From Dehalococcoidia bacterium (lineage in GTDB: Bacteria; Chloroflexota; Dehalococcoidia; UBA6926), in the NCBI GenBank assembly GCA_963666115.2, contig CAXXET010000008.1, forward strand, positions 128,001 to 192,000: DNA of 64,000 nucleotides. Reading direction: 5' to 3'. Below, piece by piece: positions 49,618 through 61,129 of the stretch (positions are counted from its first letter, which is position 1; every line of letters starts with the position of its first letter). A program made the position numbers and the translations under genes. The notes under the pieces are model-generated. The model worked only from the letters and a program-made list of their open reading frames with translations. It was not told the origin of the DNA and made no database searches.

Positions 49618-51025
49618 GCGCCCGCCTATGCCACTCCGTAGCCCCCTGGTAAGCGTGCCCCACGTTAAAGGCAGTCTGCTCATCCCACACGTTGGCAACG
49701 ATCTGCATCCCTGCCGGCAGCCCCCCCTGATCGAACCCGATCGGCACGCTCAACGCAGGCATCCCCGTCAAATTGAACGGGAAGAGGTTGCGCGTCCGCA
49801 GGAATGAGGCCTCCTCCTCCCCGTCGCCCACCTGCACCATGATCTGCCCAAGCCGCGCCGCCGTATAGGGAACAGTCGGCATGACAAGAACATCGTAACG
49901 CTTCAGTGCGCTTTGGACCGATTCCTCCCACACCGCGCGCGCCCGTTGCGCGTTCACATAATCCATCGCGGGGATGGCATAGCCCGGGATCAGGCGGTCG
50001 AGAATAGCGTAGCCGTACTCCCCGCCCTTGCCCTCCCGTATCCACCGGTGATGGTAGGCGGCGGCCTCCGCCGGCAGGATGGTGGCGAACAGCGCCGGCA
50101 GCACGTCCGTGTGCTCCAGTTCGACGTCCTCCATCTCCATGCCGAGGCCGCGCAGGACATCGTACGCCTGCTCATTGAGCCGCGCCACCTCCGGCACAAT
50201 CGGCTCCCAAAAGTAGCCGCGCACGATGCCGGCGCGCAAGCGGCCCACCTCCCCGTCCAGGTTCGCCGCGTAGTTCGGAACGGTGCGCCGCCCGGTCGTC
50301 TCATCCTTCGGGTCGTGCCCCGCGATCGCGCTCAACACGAGCGCGGCATCCTCCACGCTCCGGGCGAGCGGCCCAGCATGGTCGAGCGTCCACGCCAGCG
50401 GCACGACGCCGAACTTGCTGACCCGCCCAAACGACGGCTTGATCCCCGTGACCCCGTTGAAGTGCGACGGGTTGCGGATGGACGCGGCGGTGTCCGTGCC
50501 GAGCGCGGCATACGCGAGCCGTGCGGCGACGACAGCCCCTGAGCCCCCCGACGACCCGCCCGAGCTCCGCTCCAAATCCCACGGGTTGTGCGTCGCGCCG
50601 TAGTGCGTATTCTCAGTCGTGCCGCCGAACGCGAACTCGTCCATGTTGGCGCGGCCAATGATGATCGCCCCCGCCTGCCGCAGCTTGTGGACGGCGGTGG
50701 AATCCTCGTCCGGTATCCAGTCCGCCAGGATGCTGGAACCGGCGGACGAAGGAATCCCCCGCTCCGCAAACAGGTCCTTGACGGCGATAGGCACGCCGTG
50801 AAGCGGGCCGTGGTCGACGCCCGCGTTCAGCAGGGCGTCAGCCGCTCGCGCCTGCGCCATCGCCCGCTCCGTGTGGACGGCCACGTACCCGTTCACCGTC
50901 GGCTCAACCCGCTCGATGCGCTCAAGCAGCGCCCGCGTCACCTCCTCGCAGGTAACCTCCCGCGCGTGGATGCGCGCGGAAATCTCCGCAAGCGTCAGGG
51001 CTGTCAGGTCGGTAGCGGATGTCAT
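49607..51025 (-). CDS. Amidase (GatA/AtzE family)
   Basis: GPLHGVPIAVKD, SGGSSGGS, LGTDTAASIRNP. Confidence 0.92.
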   Translation of the reverse strand: MTSATDLTALTLAEISARIHAREVTCEEVTRALLERIERVEPTVNGYVAVHTERAMAQARAADALLNAGVDHGPLHGVPIAVKDLFAERGIPSSAGSSILADWIPDEDSTAVHKLRQAGAIIIGRANMDEFAFGGTTENTHYGATHNPWDLERSSGGSSGGSGAVVAARLAYAALGTDTAASIRNPSHFNGVTGIKPSFGRVSKFGVVPLAWTLDHAGPLARSVEDAALVLSAIAGHDPKDETTGRRTVPNYAANLDGEVGRLRAGIVRGYFWEPIVPEVARLNEQAYDVLRGLGMEMEDVELEHTDVLPALFATILPAEAAAYHHRWIREGKGGEYGYAILDRLIPGYAIPAMDYVNAQRARAVWEESVQSALKRYDVLVMPTVPYTAARLGQIMVQVGDGEEEASFLRTRNLFPFNLTGMPALSVPIGFDQGGLPAGMQIVANVWDEQTAFNVGHAYQGATEWHRRAPSL

Positions 51026-51056
51026 GTCGCGCGTCCGTTAAAGTCAGATAGCAAAA

Positions 51057-52484
51057 CTAGGGAGTCGTGTCCGCCGGCGGACGCCACGTGTGCCAATCGG
51101 TTTCCTGCTGGTAGGCGTGTCCGGCGCGAAGAACCGTCGCCTCATCGAATGGCCGCCCCGCAAGCTGCAGGCCGATGGGCAGCTCGTCGCCGCTGAACCC
51201 GCACGGCACGGACATCGCGGGAACGCCCAGCAGGTTGAACGCCCCCATGTTCCGCGTCAGCGCGCGTGTGAGTTGCAGTTCGCCGCTCCCGACGGCCACC
51301 GTCTCATACGCATGGCCGATCCTCGGCGCCGTGACGGGCGAAGTCGGCAGCGCGAGCACGTCGACCCTCCGCCACACGTCGCGCATCTTCTCGCGCAGGA
51401 CCGACCGCAAGCGTTGGGCGTTCACATAATCGACCGCCGGAACCGTCGCCCCCTGCCGCAGACCGGCCAGCACGCGCGAATCGTAATCTCCAGGCCGCTC
51501 CCGCATCCACCGGTGGTGGTAGGCGGCGGCGTCCGCGAACAGGATGGCCGTCTGCATCGGCGCAACCTCGTCCGCAAGCGGAAACTCCACGTCGATAACC
51601 CGCGCCCCCTGCCCCGTGAGCACGTCGATTCCCGCCCGAACCGCGGCCTCCACCTCCGGATCGATCGGGTCCCAGAACGGCTCGCCGGGCACGCCGATGG
51701 TCAGGCCGTCGATGGGATCGTTCAGCGTGGCGAGATAGTCCGGCACGGGGCGGTTGGCGGACGTGGGATCGAGCGGATCGTGCCCCGCGAGAACGTTGAG
51801 GGCGCGCGCGCAGTCCTCAGCCGTCCGCGCAATCGGCCCAACGTGATCCAGCGACCATGACAACGGCAGGCACCCGTAGCGGCTGACGCGGCCATACGTG
51901 GGCTTGATGCCCGTAACGCCGCACAGCGTGGCGGGGATGCGAATGGAGCCGCCCGTGTCCGTGCCGATGGCCATGTACCCCATGCCCATGGCAACCGCCG
52001 CGCCGGAGCCGCCGCTTGACCCGCCCGGCACGTGCTCAGGATTCCAGGGGTTGCGCGTGTTGCCGTGATGCGGATTCTCCGTGGTCACGCCAAACGCGAA
52101 CTCGTGGAGGTTCGTCTTGCCGATGATCACCGCGCCCGCCTGTCGCAGCTTGCGGACGACGGTCGCGTCAAAGTCAGGCGTCCAGTCGGCCAGTATCTTT
52201 GAGCCTGCCGTCGTCGTGATGCCGGCGGTGGTCAGGATGTCTTTGACAGCGACGGGCACGCCGTGAAGCGGCCCAAGCAGGTGCCCGGCGCGGAGCATGT
52301 GGTCCGCGGCCTCCGCCTCCTGCAAAGCCTGGTCCCGCAGGACGGTGACGAACGCGTTGATGGTGTCATCCGCGTGGGCGACGTGCTCCAGCACGTCCTC
52401 CAGCGCATGCGTGGCAGACACCTCCTGCGAGTGGATGCGCCGCGCCATCTCCGTAAGGGAGAGCCCAACGCGCTCTTCATTCAT
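51057..52484 (-). CDS. Amidase (GatA/AtzE family)
   Basis: GPLHGVPVAVKD, PGGSSGGS, IGTDTGGSIRIP. Confidence 0.93.
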   Translation of the reverse strand: MNEERVGLSLTEMARRIHSQEVSATHALEDVLEHVAHADDTINAFVTVLRDQALQEAEAADHMLRAGHLLGPLHGVPVAVKDILTTAGITTTAGSKILADWTPDFDATVVRKLRQAGAVIIGKTNLHEFAFGVTTENPHHGNTRNPWNPEHVPGGSSGGSGAAVAMGMGYMAIGTDTGGSIRIPATLCGVTGIKPTYGRVSRYGCLPLSWSLDHVGPIARTAEDCARALNVLAGHDPLDPTSANRPVPDYLATLNDPIDGLTIGVPGEPFWDPIDPEVEAAVRAGIDVLTGQGARVIDVEFPLADEVAPMQTAILFADAAAYHHRWMRERPGDYDSRVLAGLRQGATVPAVDYVNAQRLRSVLREKMRDVWRRVDVLALPTSPVTAPRIGHAYETVAVGSGELQLTRALTRNMGAFNLLGVPAMSVPCGFSGDELPIGLQLAGRPFDEATVLRAGHAYQQETDWHTWRPPADTTP

Positions 52485-52489
52485 GCCCG

Positions 52490-52693
52490 CTAGCTCCCGC
52501 CCGGCGAGGCATCGGGATCGTAAACAACGGCAGGCTCAGTAAGCCCAAAATCCATCTCATCGAGCCGGCTCATAGCCTCCTGGTAAAAAGCAACCCGCCG
52601 CTCCAACCCGGGCAGCGATTCCTCATCCACACTCACCCCCAAAAGCGCCAACTGCGCCTTAAGTTCCTCCGCCGTCGGTATTGGTCGCCCCAT
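52490..52693 (-). CDS. GatC/AtzG-like small amidase partner
   Basis: 67 aa ending LDEMDFGLTEPAVVYDP; directly upstream of the amidases. Confidence 0.6.
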   Translation of the reverse strand: MGRPIPTAEELKAQLALLGVSVDEESLPGLERRVAFYQEAMSRLDEMDFGLTEPAVVYDPDASPGGS

Positions 52694-52831
52694 GGGCCCA
52701 CCCCCTATTCCAAAACATCCACCGCCATAATACGCCATCGGAGAGGGTAGGTGAGCCGCATGGCATTCGGCTCGCCCTTGCTTTAGAATTGATCCCACCA
52801 ACGAAATCACCGAGCGCTTGGGGAGTCAAGG

Positions 52832-54574
52832 ATGCACCAGCAGGGCGGCACTATCGAAAGTACCCTAAAGAGCATCGAGTCACATCAATTTGTTCTGCCC
52901 GCCATCCAACGGGAGTTTGTCTGGCAGCCTGAGCAGGTATGTGATCTGTTCGACAGCCTGATGCAGGGATTCCCGTTCGGCGAGTTCATGTACTGGAAAG
53001 TTGAGCCGCAGAACTCCAGCCAATACCGCTGGTACGACTTTGTGCGTCACTACCACGAGAAGGATAGCCCTCACTGCCCGGAGTTGGGCATCAGGCACAA
53101 CGAAGCCCTGACAGCCGTGCTGGACGGGCAGCAGCGGCTGACCGCGTTCAACATCGGGCTCAAGGGCTCAATGGCAAAGAAGCTGCCGTACAAGTGGTGG
53201 GCAAGCCCTGATGCATTTCCCAAGCGGGTGCTGGCGCTTGACCTTCTATCGCCCACAGAGCCGGACGAAGACGGCAGGCGCTATCGATTCGAGTTCATTG
53301 ACGAACGCCGCATTGGGATGGAGGACGATCGGCTCTGGTTCCGTGTGTCCGAGATTCTCGGCCTTGACTCCGGGTCACCCATGCTCCAGTGGCTCCTTGA
53401 CAAGGATCTGGATAATGACAGGCTCCATCAAGCCTTTGGCACACTCGACCGTCTGCACCACGTTATTCGTAAAGACCCCGTCATCGCATGGTACGAGGAA
53501 ACGAGCCAGGACATTGAGCGCGTTCTACAGATATTCATCAGGTGCAACAGCGGCGGCACCCCGCTTTCTTACTCCAATCTCCTGTTGAGCATCGCGGTTT
53601 CCCAGTGGGAAAAGCTGGACGCGCGGGCTGAGGTGCATGGACTCGTTGATGAACTCAACGGCATCAGGGACGGATTGCGATTCAATGCCGACTTCGTGCT
53701 GAAGGCCGGTCTGATGCTGACGGACATTGCCAGCGTGGGTTTCCGCGTGGAGAACTTCACGCACGAGAACATGGCCGCACTTGAGAAAAACTGGCAGCGA
53801 CTCAGGACCGCCCTGCTCACAACGGCACAACTCATTGACCGCTTCGGATTTGACTCGCGCACTGTCCGCGCCATGAATGCGCTGCTGCCAATCGCCTACT
53901 ACGTGTACCTGCGGCAATTGCCCGAGAGTTTTGTGACGAGCGACCAATTCCTTGAAGATCGGCGAAGGATCAAGAACTGGCTCACTCGTTCAATCCTGAA
54001 GCAGTCAGGAATCTGGGGCGCTGCCGACGCTCTGTTGACCGCTCTCCGGGAAACTATCCGTAACCTTGGGGAGGCCGGTTTCCCTGCTCATGAAATCGGC
54101 CGGGTCATGGCACAGCGGGGCAGGGGGCTGGAATTCCAGGGCGAGGAGATTGACGACCTCGCGGATATGCGGATTTCCGACTCGCGGACGTTCCCGCTGC
54201 TTTCAATGCTGTTCCCAACTCTTGGTACGCACGGCAGCACCGACATAGACCACGTCTTCCCCAAGAGCAGATTAACGACGACGCAGCTCAACAACATAGG
54301 CATCGAATCCGACACGGCGGAGCGCCTGCAAGACTGGCGTGACCGCCTAGCCAACCTGCAACTCCTCGACTCTACGGTGAACAACGAGAAGCGCGCCGTC
54401 ATGCCGGCCGAGTGGCTCGATACCCACTGCCCCGACCCGCAGTCGCGCCAGGCTTACGTTGATCGTCACCTGTTGGGAGATGTCCCGCAAGAACTGCACG
54501 GGTTCGAGCAGTTCTACGAATCCCGTCGCCAAGCCCTCCGAGACAGGCTCTCCCAACTGGTCAACACTGTTTAG
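52832..54574 (+). CDS. GmrSD-like type IV (modification-dependent) restriction protein, DUF262 plus HNH-like domain
   Basis: LPAIQREFVW, VLDGQQRLT, IFIRCNSGG, DIDHVFP, ANLQLL...N. Confidence 0.85.
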   Translation: MHQQGGTIESTLKSIESHQFVLPAIQREFVWQPEQVCDLFDSLMQGFPFGEFMYWKVEPQNSSQYRWYDFVRHYHEKDSPHCPELGIRHNEALTAVLDGQQRLTAFNIGLKGSMAKKLPYKWWASPDAFPKRVLALDLLSPTEPDEDGRRYRFEFIDERRIGMEDDRLWFRVSEILGLDSGSPMLQWLLDKDLDNDRLHQAFGTLDRLHHVIRKDPVIAWYEETSQDIERVLQIFIRCNSGGTPLSYSNLLLSIAVSQWEKLDARAEVHGLVDELNGIRDGLRFNADFVLKAGLMLTDIASVGFRVENFTHENMAALEKNWQRLRTALLTTAQLIDRFGFDSRTVRAMNALLPIAYYVYLRQLPESFVTSDQFLEDRRRIKNWLTRSILKQSGIWGAADALLTALRETIRNLGEAGFPAHEIGRVMAQRGRGLEFQGEEIDDLADMRISDSRTFPLLSMLFPTLGTHGSTDIDHVFPKSRLTTTQLNNIGIESDTAERLQDWRDRLANLQLLDSTVNNEKRAVMPAEWLDTHCPDPQSRQAYVDRHLLGDVPQELHGFEQFYESRRQALRDRLSQLVNTV

Positions 54575-54624
54575 CCAGCAGCGCCGCCCTCACCCCAACC
54601 CTCTCCCACCGGGAGAAGGGGGCG

Positions 54625-55350
54625 CTACCCCCCGCCGTCGCAGTGCACCAGGTGAGAACCGTCAGCGTTCGTATGCACCGCGTAGGATGCCTCCCCAAGC
54701 GTGAAGACGAATTTGTACCCCGGCGTGATCACCTGGGCATAGCCAAACCCCTCTTGCGGGCATCCCAGGCTGGCATCCGGCCATGACACGCTTTCAGAGC
54801 TGATGAGGGTGAAATCGTCTTCATCAGCGTTGATCTCATTCGCCAATAGCTCACGCGCAGCAGCCGCTATCTCGCTTGGCGCCGCCTCGCCCTCTTGGTC
54901 AGCGCCACCCCCGACCTCCGGGTGGGCGCTCCAGGTTTCGAAGGGCTGTTGCGAGGCGTCCAGCCTGACGTCTGCCATCTCTCCCGGGGCGAGGTCCAGG
55001 GTGGGCGTTGGGCCGAGTTCGATGCCGTTGGAGAGGTGGACTTCGATGCGGACGCGGCGCAGGGTCCGGTTCGTCGTATTTTCCACCGTGCCCGTGAAGG
55101 CGTTGGCCGTCGCGTCGTAAGAGAGCATCAGCCGCGCGCCGGCGCGAACGACGTCATAGGTGTCCGTCAGGCCGTACTGTATGGCGGATTCTTCGCCGTC
55201 GCCCTCACCCGACTCCGATTCGCCGTTATGTTCGCCGGATTCCCCGCCCTCGCCATGCTCCCCGGTCTCTTCGCTCCCAGGGGAACACGCCGCGAGCACG
55301 GCGACTGTCATGGCAACCATCAGCAGCAGGGCGGCCAGCAAACTTTTCAT
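54625..55350 (-). CDS. Lipoprotein
   Basis: Lipobox VLAAC, EHGEGGESGEH linker, C-terminal WPDASLGCP...AQVITPGY. Confidence 0.7.
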   Translation of the reverse strand: MKSLLAALLLMVAMTVAVLAACSPGSEETGEHGEGGESGEHNGESESGEGDGEESAIQYGLTDTYDVVRAGARLMLSYDATANAFTGTVENTTNRTLRRVRIEVHLSNGIELGPTPTLDLAPGEMADVRLDASQQPFETWSAHPEVGGGADQEGEAAPSEIAAAARELLANEINADEDDFTLISSESVSWPDASLGCPQEGFGYAQVITPGYKFVFTLGEASYAVHTNADGSHLVHCDGGG

Positions 55351-55431
55351 GGAGTACGCGAACCTCTCGTCATCTCAAGTAATCACGATAACGTCGGGGA
55401 GCGGGTAAAGGATAGGTGACGGGTGTATCCC

Positions 55432-55471
55432 AAAAGAATTGCCCCCCGATGGCGCCGCCATCGGGGGGCAA
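55432..55471 (-). terminator. Rho-independent terminator
   Basis: 15-bp stem ttgccccccgatggc/gccatcggggggcaa followed by TTCTTTT on the minus strand, downstream of the hydratase. Confidence 0.8.
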
Positions 55472-55500
55472 CAGATTCCCGTGGTTATCGAAAGGTCAGC

Positions 55501-56316
55501 TTACCCGCCAACCCACTGCGGCTTGCGCTTCTCCACGAACGCCCGCGGGCCCTCCGCCGTGTCCTTCGGCGACAGCTGCCGCAGCCGGTTGCTGTTCAGC
55601 GACTGGATCTGCAGCGCCTCCCGCGTGGGCAGGTGCAGCGTCCGCGTGATGTGCTCCTTCGCGACGCGCGTCGCGATCGGCGAGCACTCCGTCACGATCT
55701 CCGTCGCCATCGCGACGGCCGTGTCCATCAACTCCGCCTGCGGAACGACCTGGCTGACGAGGCCCATCCGGTAGCAGTCCGGAGCCTTGTAGCGCCGCCC
55801 GGTGATGATGAGTTCCATCGCGAGGCCGATGGGGATGGCGCGAGACATGCGCGTCGTGCCGCTGATGGAGAGCAGGCCGCGCCGCGGCTCGAGCAGGCCC
55901 ATCTCCGCGTTCTCGGACATGATGCGGATGTCCGCCCACAGCGCCATCTCGGACCCGCCGCCGAACGCGTACCCGTTGATGGCCGCGATGACCGGCTTGA
56001 AGACCTCGATGCTCGGATAGGAGTGCAGGCCCTCATTCGGCACCTGCGGCGGGGGCGGCGGCTCCTCGTTGGAGGCGTCCTGCTGCGACTGCCTGCGAAG
56101 ATCGAGCCCCGTTGAGAAAGACCGCTCGCCGGCGCCCGTCAGGATGAGCACCCAAGCGTCCGGGTCGTCGCGGAACTCGCGGACGTAGTTGAGCATGGCG
56201 GCATTGCCGTCCAGGGTCAGAGAGTTCAGCGTCTCCGGCCTGTTCATCGTGATCAGCCGGACGTGCTCCGCCGGCGTCGTGTACATAATCTCGGGCTGCG
56301 CGTTTTCCTGGGTCAT
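55501..56316 (-). CDS. Enoyl-CoA hydratase/isomerase family protein
   Basis: ITMNRPETLNSL, KPVIAAINGYAFGGG, EGPRAFVEKRKP. Confidence 0.92.
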   Translation of the reverse strand: MTQENAQPEIMYTTPAEHVRLITMNRPETLNSLTLDGNAAMLNYVREFRDDPDAWVLILTGAGERSFSTGLDLRRQSQQDASNEEPPPPPQVPNEGLHSYPSIEVFKPVIAAINGYAFGGGSEMALWADIRIMSENAEMGLLEPRRGLLSISGTTRMSRAIPIGLAMELIITGRRYKAPDCYRMGLVSQVVPQAELMDTAVAMATEIVTECSPIATRVAKEHITRTLHLPTREALQIQSLNSNRLRQLSPKDTAEGPRAFVEKRKPQWVGG

Positions 56317-56426
56317 CTCCTACCTCCCGCCAGTATTGTCCGTATGGCGCGCCACTTGCGCGCCCAAGCGCAAAAACTATAGCACGCCCAAGGCAACCCC
56401 GTCAGTTCTTGGAGGAGCGAAAGGAA

Positions 56427-56798
56427 TCAGCCCCCGTTGCTGAGAACGCCCTCAACCCTGTCAACAAACTGGGCGACCTGTTCGAGACTATCCCGGATGT
56501 CCCGGCTAGTGAACTGACCCTCGTAGAAGTTCTCATGCAACCCGCCCGCCTCGTTGAAGAGGGTGCGGTAACTGTTATCGTCCGTCTCCTCCACGAGCAG
56601 ACTCACCACGCCATACAGGCGGGCATGGCTGTTGTGGTCAAACCCGCGCCGGTCGGCGTAAGCCTTGACCATCTGCGAGGCCGCCCCCCATCCCTTCTCG
56701 GACGCCTGACGGAGATCCTCCGCCTCAAGTTCCACCCAAGCCTGGCCAAGAAACCGCCGGCTCTGCTCCTGGTACCCATTGCTGTCGTGATTCGTCAT
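56427..56798 (-). CDS. PaREP1/HEPN-like protein, copy 1
   Basis: DLRQASEKGWGAA...LHENFYE; TATACT-6nt-ATG. Confidence 0.8.
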   Translation of the reverse strand: MTNHDSNGYQEQSRRFLGQAWVELEAEDLRQASEKGWGAASQMVKAYADRRGFDHNSHARLYGVVSLLVEETDDNSYRTLFNEAGGLHENFYEGQFTSRDIRDSLEQVAQFVDRVEGVLSNGG

Positions 56799-56850
56799 GG
56801 AGACAGTATACGACATGGGCAGACGGGCAGATTCGCCTCTGAGCGCGGCT

Positions 56851-57228
56851 CTATCCGCTGCCGTTCCGCCCGTTCAGCAAGCCCTCCACCTTATCAACGA
56901 ATTGCGCGACGCTTTCCAGGCCGCCCTGCACATCCCGACCGGAGAGCTGTCCCTCATAGAAGTTAGTGTGGAGGCCGCCGGCGTCATGGAAAAGGACGCG
57001 GAAGCTGTCATCGTCCGTCTCGGCGACCAGGCGGCTGACAGCGCCAAAGAGGAGGCCGTGACTATCGTGATTCAGACCCCGCAGAACCGCGTAGGCCTTG
57101 ACCATCTGGGAAGCAGCCCCCCACCCCTTCTCGGAGGCCTGGTGGAGGTCTTCGGCTTCCAACTCCACCCAAGCCTGGTCAAGAAACCGCCGCCCCTGCC
57201 GCTGGTACCCATTGCTAAAGCTAGTCAT
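56851..57228 (-). CDS. PaREP1/HEPN-like protein, copy 2
   Basis: DLHQASEKGWGAA...LHTNFYE; TATACT-6nt-ATG. Confidence 0.8.
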   Translation of the reverse strand: MTSFSNGYQRQGRRFLDQAWVELEAEDLHQASEKGWGAASQMVKAYAVLRGLNHDSHGLLFGAVSRLVAETDDDSFRVLFHDAGGLHTNFYEGQLSGRDVQGGLESVAQFVDKVEGLLNGRNGSG

Positions 57229-57287
57229 AGGCACAGTATACGGGATGCGGAACACGCGGACGGGCAGATTCGCTTGTGAGCGTTGTG

Positions 57288-57668
57288 TTATCCGCTGCCG
57301 TTCCGCCCATTCAGCAGCCCCTCAACCTTGTCAACAAACTGCGCGATCTGCCCCAGCGTTGCCCGCAGCACTTCTTTATCCATGCCGCCTTCGTAATAGT
57401 TCACGTGGAGGCCGCTGGCAGTGCTGAAGAGAGTGCCGATGGACGTGTCCCCCGTTTCGCGCGCGAGGGCGCTCGCAACGCTGAAGAGGAAGCCATGCGT
57501 ATCATGTCGGAGCCCGCGTTCCTCCGCCGCAGCCTTCACGAGTTGGGCCGCCGCCCCCCATCCCTTCTCGGAGGCCTGGTGCAGATCATCCGCCTCCAGT
57601 TCCACCCAAGCCTGATCGAGGAATACGCGCCCCTGCTGAGCATAAGTCATCCCATAACCATTCATCAT
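57288..57668 (-). CDS. PaREP1/HEPN-like protein, copy 3
   Basis: DLHQASEKGWGAA...LHVNYYE; TACACT-6nt-ATG. Confidence 0.8.
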   Translation of the reverse strand: MMNGYGMTYAQQGRVFLDQAWVELEADDLHQASEKGWGAAAQLVKAAAEERGLRHDTHGFLFSVASALARETGDTSIGTLFSTASGLHVNYYEGGMDKEVLRATLGQIAQFVDKVEGLLNGRNGSG

Positions 57669-57714
57669 CGAAACAGTGTACCTGAGTCTGCTCTACGTTC
57701 CCGGAGGCACGGCG

Positions 57715-58095
57715 TTATCCGCTGCCGTTCCGACCGTTCAGCAGCCCCTCGATCCTCTCAACAAGCAGCTCGATGTCCTGCAGCGCGGCGCGGATGTCCT
57801 CCGCGCTGATCCCCCCTTCATAGTAGTTGACGTGGAGTCCGCTCGCGATCTGAAACCCGCGGCGAATGACGCCGTCGCCGTCGTCCTCGCCGATGATGCC
57901 GGTCGCGCGAAACAGCAGCCCATGAGTGTCATGCGGGATGCCGCGCTCATCCGCCGCAGCCTTCACCAGTAGCGCCGCCGCGCCCCACCCCTTCTCCGCC
58001 GCCTGCGACAGATCCCCCCGCGCAAGCTCATCAAAAGCCTGCGACAGGTAAACCCGCCCCTGCTCCGCATAGGTCACGCCGTAGCCATTCATCAT
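57715..58095 (-). CDS. PaREP1/HEPN-like protein, copy 4
   Basis: DLSQAAEKGWGAA...LHVNYYE; TATACT-6nt-ATG. Confidence 0.8.
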   Translation of the reverse strand: MMNGYGVTYAEQGRVYLSQAFDELARGDLSQAAEKGWGAAALLVKAAADERGIPHDTHGLLFRATGIIGEDDGDGVIRRGFQIASGLHVNYYEGGISAEDIRAALQDIELLVERIEGLLNGRNGSG

Positions 58096-58101
58096 GCAAG
58101 C

Positions 58102-58107
58102 AGTATA
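58102..58107 (-). promoter_or_regulatory. -10 box TATACT of a leaderless promoter (equivalents at 56805-10, 57235-40, 57675-80, 61799-804, 62728-33)
   Basis: Hexamer 6-9 nt upstream of ATG in all six paralogs; no Shine-Dalgarno. Confidence 0.7.
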
Positions 58108-58199
58108 CAGGGGTGGAATGGCTGTAAAGAAAACCCTTCAGCAGTTCAGGAGTGAAGGTGAAAGGGCTTGGCGTCAGTCTGCGGAAAGAGAGCGGACTA

Positions 58200-58427
58200 C
58201 TAAGAGTTCTGGCTGGCCTGTTTTTCTGCCCGTTCATCAATCAGATCAAGAACGGCGGGAACGAGGTCTCTCGGCACCGCAACCCACGTCATATCGGGGT
58301 CCAAATCGACAGCCTCGATATCCGCAGCCAGAGCGTCTTCATCGTCGAGAAGCCCGTTGTGGTGGTCGAGCACCTTTTGGACGCGCTCCGCGTCCCAGCC
58401 GGGGGGATAGACGTTCGGGTCCTTCAT
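58200..58427 (-). CDS. Putative antitoxin
   Basis: YPPGWDAERVQKVLDHH...VAVPRDLVPAV; ATGA-coupled to the upstream toxin-like gene. Confidence 0.6.
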   Translation of the reverse strand: MKDPNVYPPGWDAERVQKVLDHHNGLLDDEDALAADIEAVDLDPDMTWVAVPRDLVPAVLDLIDERAEKQASQNS

Positions 58428-58708
58428 CGGCCTCTCCTTCTCATTCGGCGTCTATAAGATGCGAGCGGGCTGCCTCTCAGTTCATATGCAGTGATGACGA
58501 ACGTCTCATCTGCGGGGTGCCTGCGAGCATAGATGACGCGCAAAATGCGACCGGCAAAGGTCGGGCCGGTAGCGATGCGCGACCCTTCACGGCTGCGCAG
58601 GTTGTCCCTTGCCGTCTGAAGAACCTCCTCCACTTCATCTTCCGTGACGCCATGATCCAGTATATGCGGTTGGCCGGTTTCAGGGTTGACGTGGAATCTG
58701 ATGGGCAC
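58424..58708 (-). CDS. BrnT/DUF4258-like toxin
   Basis: HILDHGVTEDEVEEVL...ATGPTFAGRILRVIY...FVITAY. Confidence 0.7.
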   Translation of the reverse strand: MPIRFHVNPETGQPHILDHGVTEDEVEEVLQTARDNLRSREGSRIATGPTFAGRILRVIYARRHPADETFVITAYELRGSPLASYRRRMRRRGR

Positions 58709-58989
58709 TGAGGCGACTCATTTCAATACGGCATCCCGTACCACCCCAACAGCCGGATAGTGAAAGAAAGGTTTTAGTCTTGCGTTCTTTTGTTGCGATT
58801 TAAAGACAGCAACAGGTCTCGTTGCGCCGAAGCGCGCAGCGATCTATGGTGCCCTGCCCCTGGTCCGACCGGGGTTCCGCCACCCTTGGAAGGGCGGTTC
58901 ATGCCACTCAGACACCGGACGTCAACGCAGGAGAATCGCTGACCGACCTGGGTGCAATGCGCCCCGCCAAAGCGGAGCGATTAGCTCCC

Positions 58990-60504
<1,515 letters not shown>

Positions 60505-60588
60505 ATTGAACGGAAGACCTCTGCCTTCCTTTTCACTATCCAACTGTTAAGGCTCTCGCACCCCTCCCGAAAGAAGGGCGCAACGCTC

Positions 60589-60617
60589 AGAATATGCCCC
60601 CCCACCAACCCTGTCAA
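60589..60617 (-). promoter_or_regulatory. Sigma70-type rRNA promoter
   Basis: TTGACA (60617-60612), 17 nt spacer, TATTCT (60594-60589). Confidence 0.85.
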
Positions 60618-60672
60618 CCCCAACCAACCCGTCAACCACGCGGCGCACAGCCACGCGACTACACGGCGCCGC
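60618..60672 (+). repeat. Direct repeat copy 1 (35 bp exact, about 55 bp imperfect) upstream of the rRNA promoter
   Basis: ccccaaccaacccgtcaaccacgcggcgcacagcc is identical at 63143-63177. Confidence 0.85.
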
Positions 60673-61129
60673 GTAGTGGAGTGAACAAGCTCGCGCTGCC
60701 CCCAATTGCCAGCGCGGCGGCAAACAGGCGGGCATCCGCAGTAAGCAGAAGGTACCCGCGTGACACCGCCTCCAGTAGTGCGCTGTCGGTTAGGCCGAAC
60801 CTCTCGAATTCCTCCCGTCGCGCCGCGGTTTGGCTGGCAATGACAATCTCCTCTCCCTGGTCGATCACGCGGCGCAGCAGCGCCAAAAGGCGAGAGCGAT
60901 CCGGCTGGCCATGCTGTGCAAGAAGGTTGCCTGCCTCCGTCAAGGTATTCGGCGTGACCACGATGGGCTCGTGCCCCGAAATGATCCCCCTCAACTCCTC
61001 GAAGTCGTCCGGCGCATAGCCGGAGAGCCGCCGGTGCGTGAGGATAAGATTCCGGTCAAATCGGCCAACGATCAGGAGGACAAGCAGATTCGAATCGATG
61101 AGTATTCTGTTCGCGGCGGGTATGCTCAT
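60659..61129 (-). CDS. PIN-domain protein
   Basis: ILIDSNLLVL, TPNTLTEA, GLTDSA, LLTADARL. Confidence 0.85.
   Translation of the reverse strand: MSIPAANRILIDSNLLVLLIVGRFDRNLILTHRRLSGYAPDDFEELRGIISGHEPIVVTPNTLTEAGNLLAQHGQPDRSRLLALLRRVIDQGEEIVIASQTAARREEFERFGLTDSALLEAVSRGYLLLTADARLFAAALAIGGSASLFTPLRGAV

Noticed and set aside
49607-52693. gatCAB amidotransferase operon
   Set aside because: No gatB; two tandem amidases with a small partner fit catabolic AtzE-like amidases better
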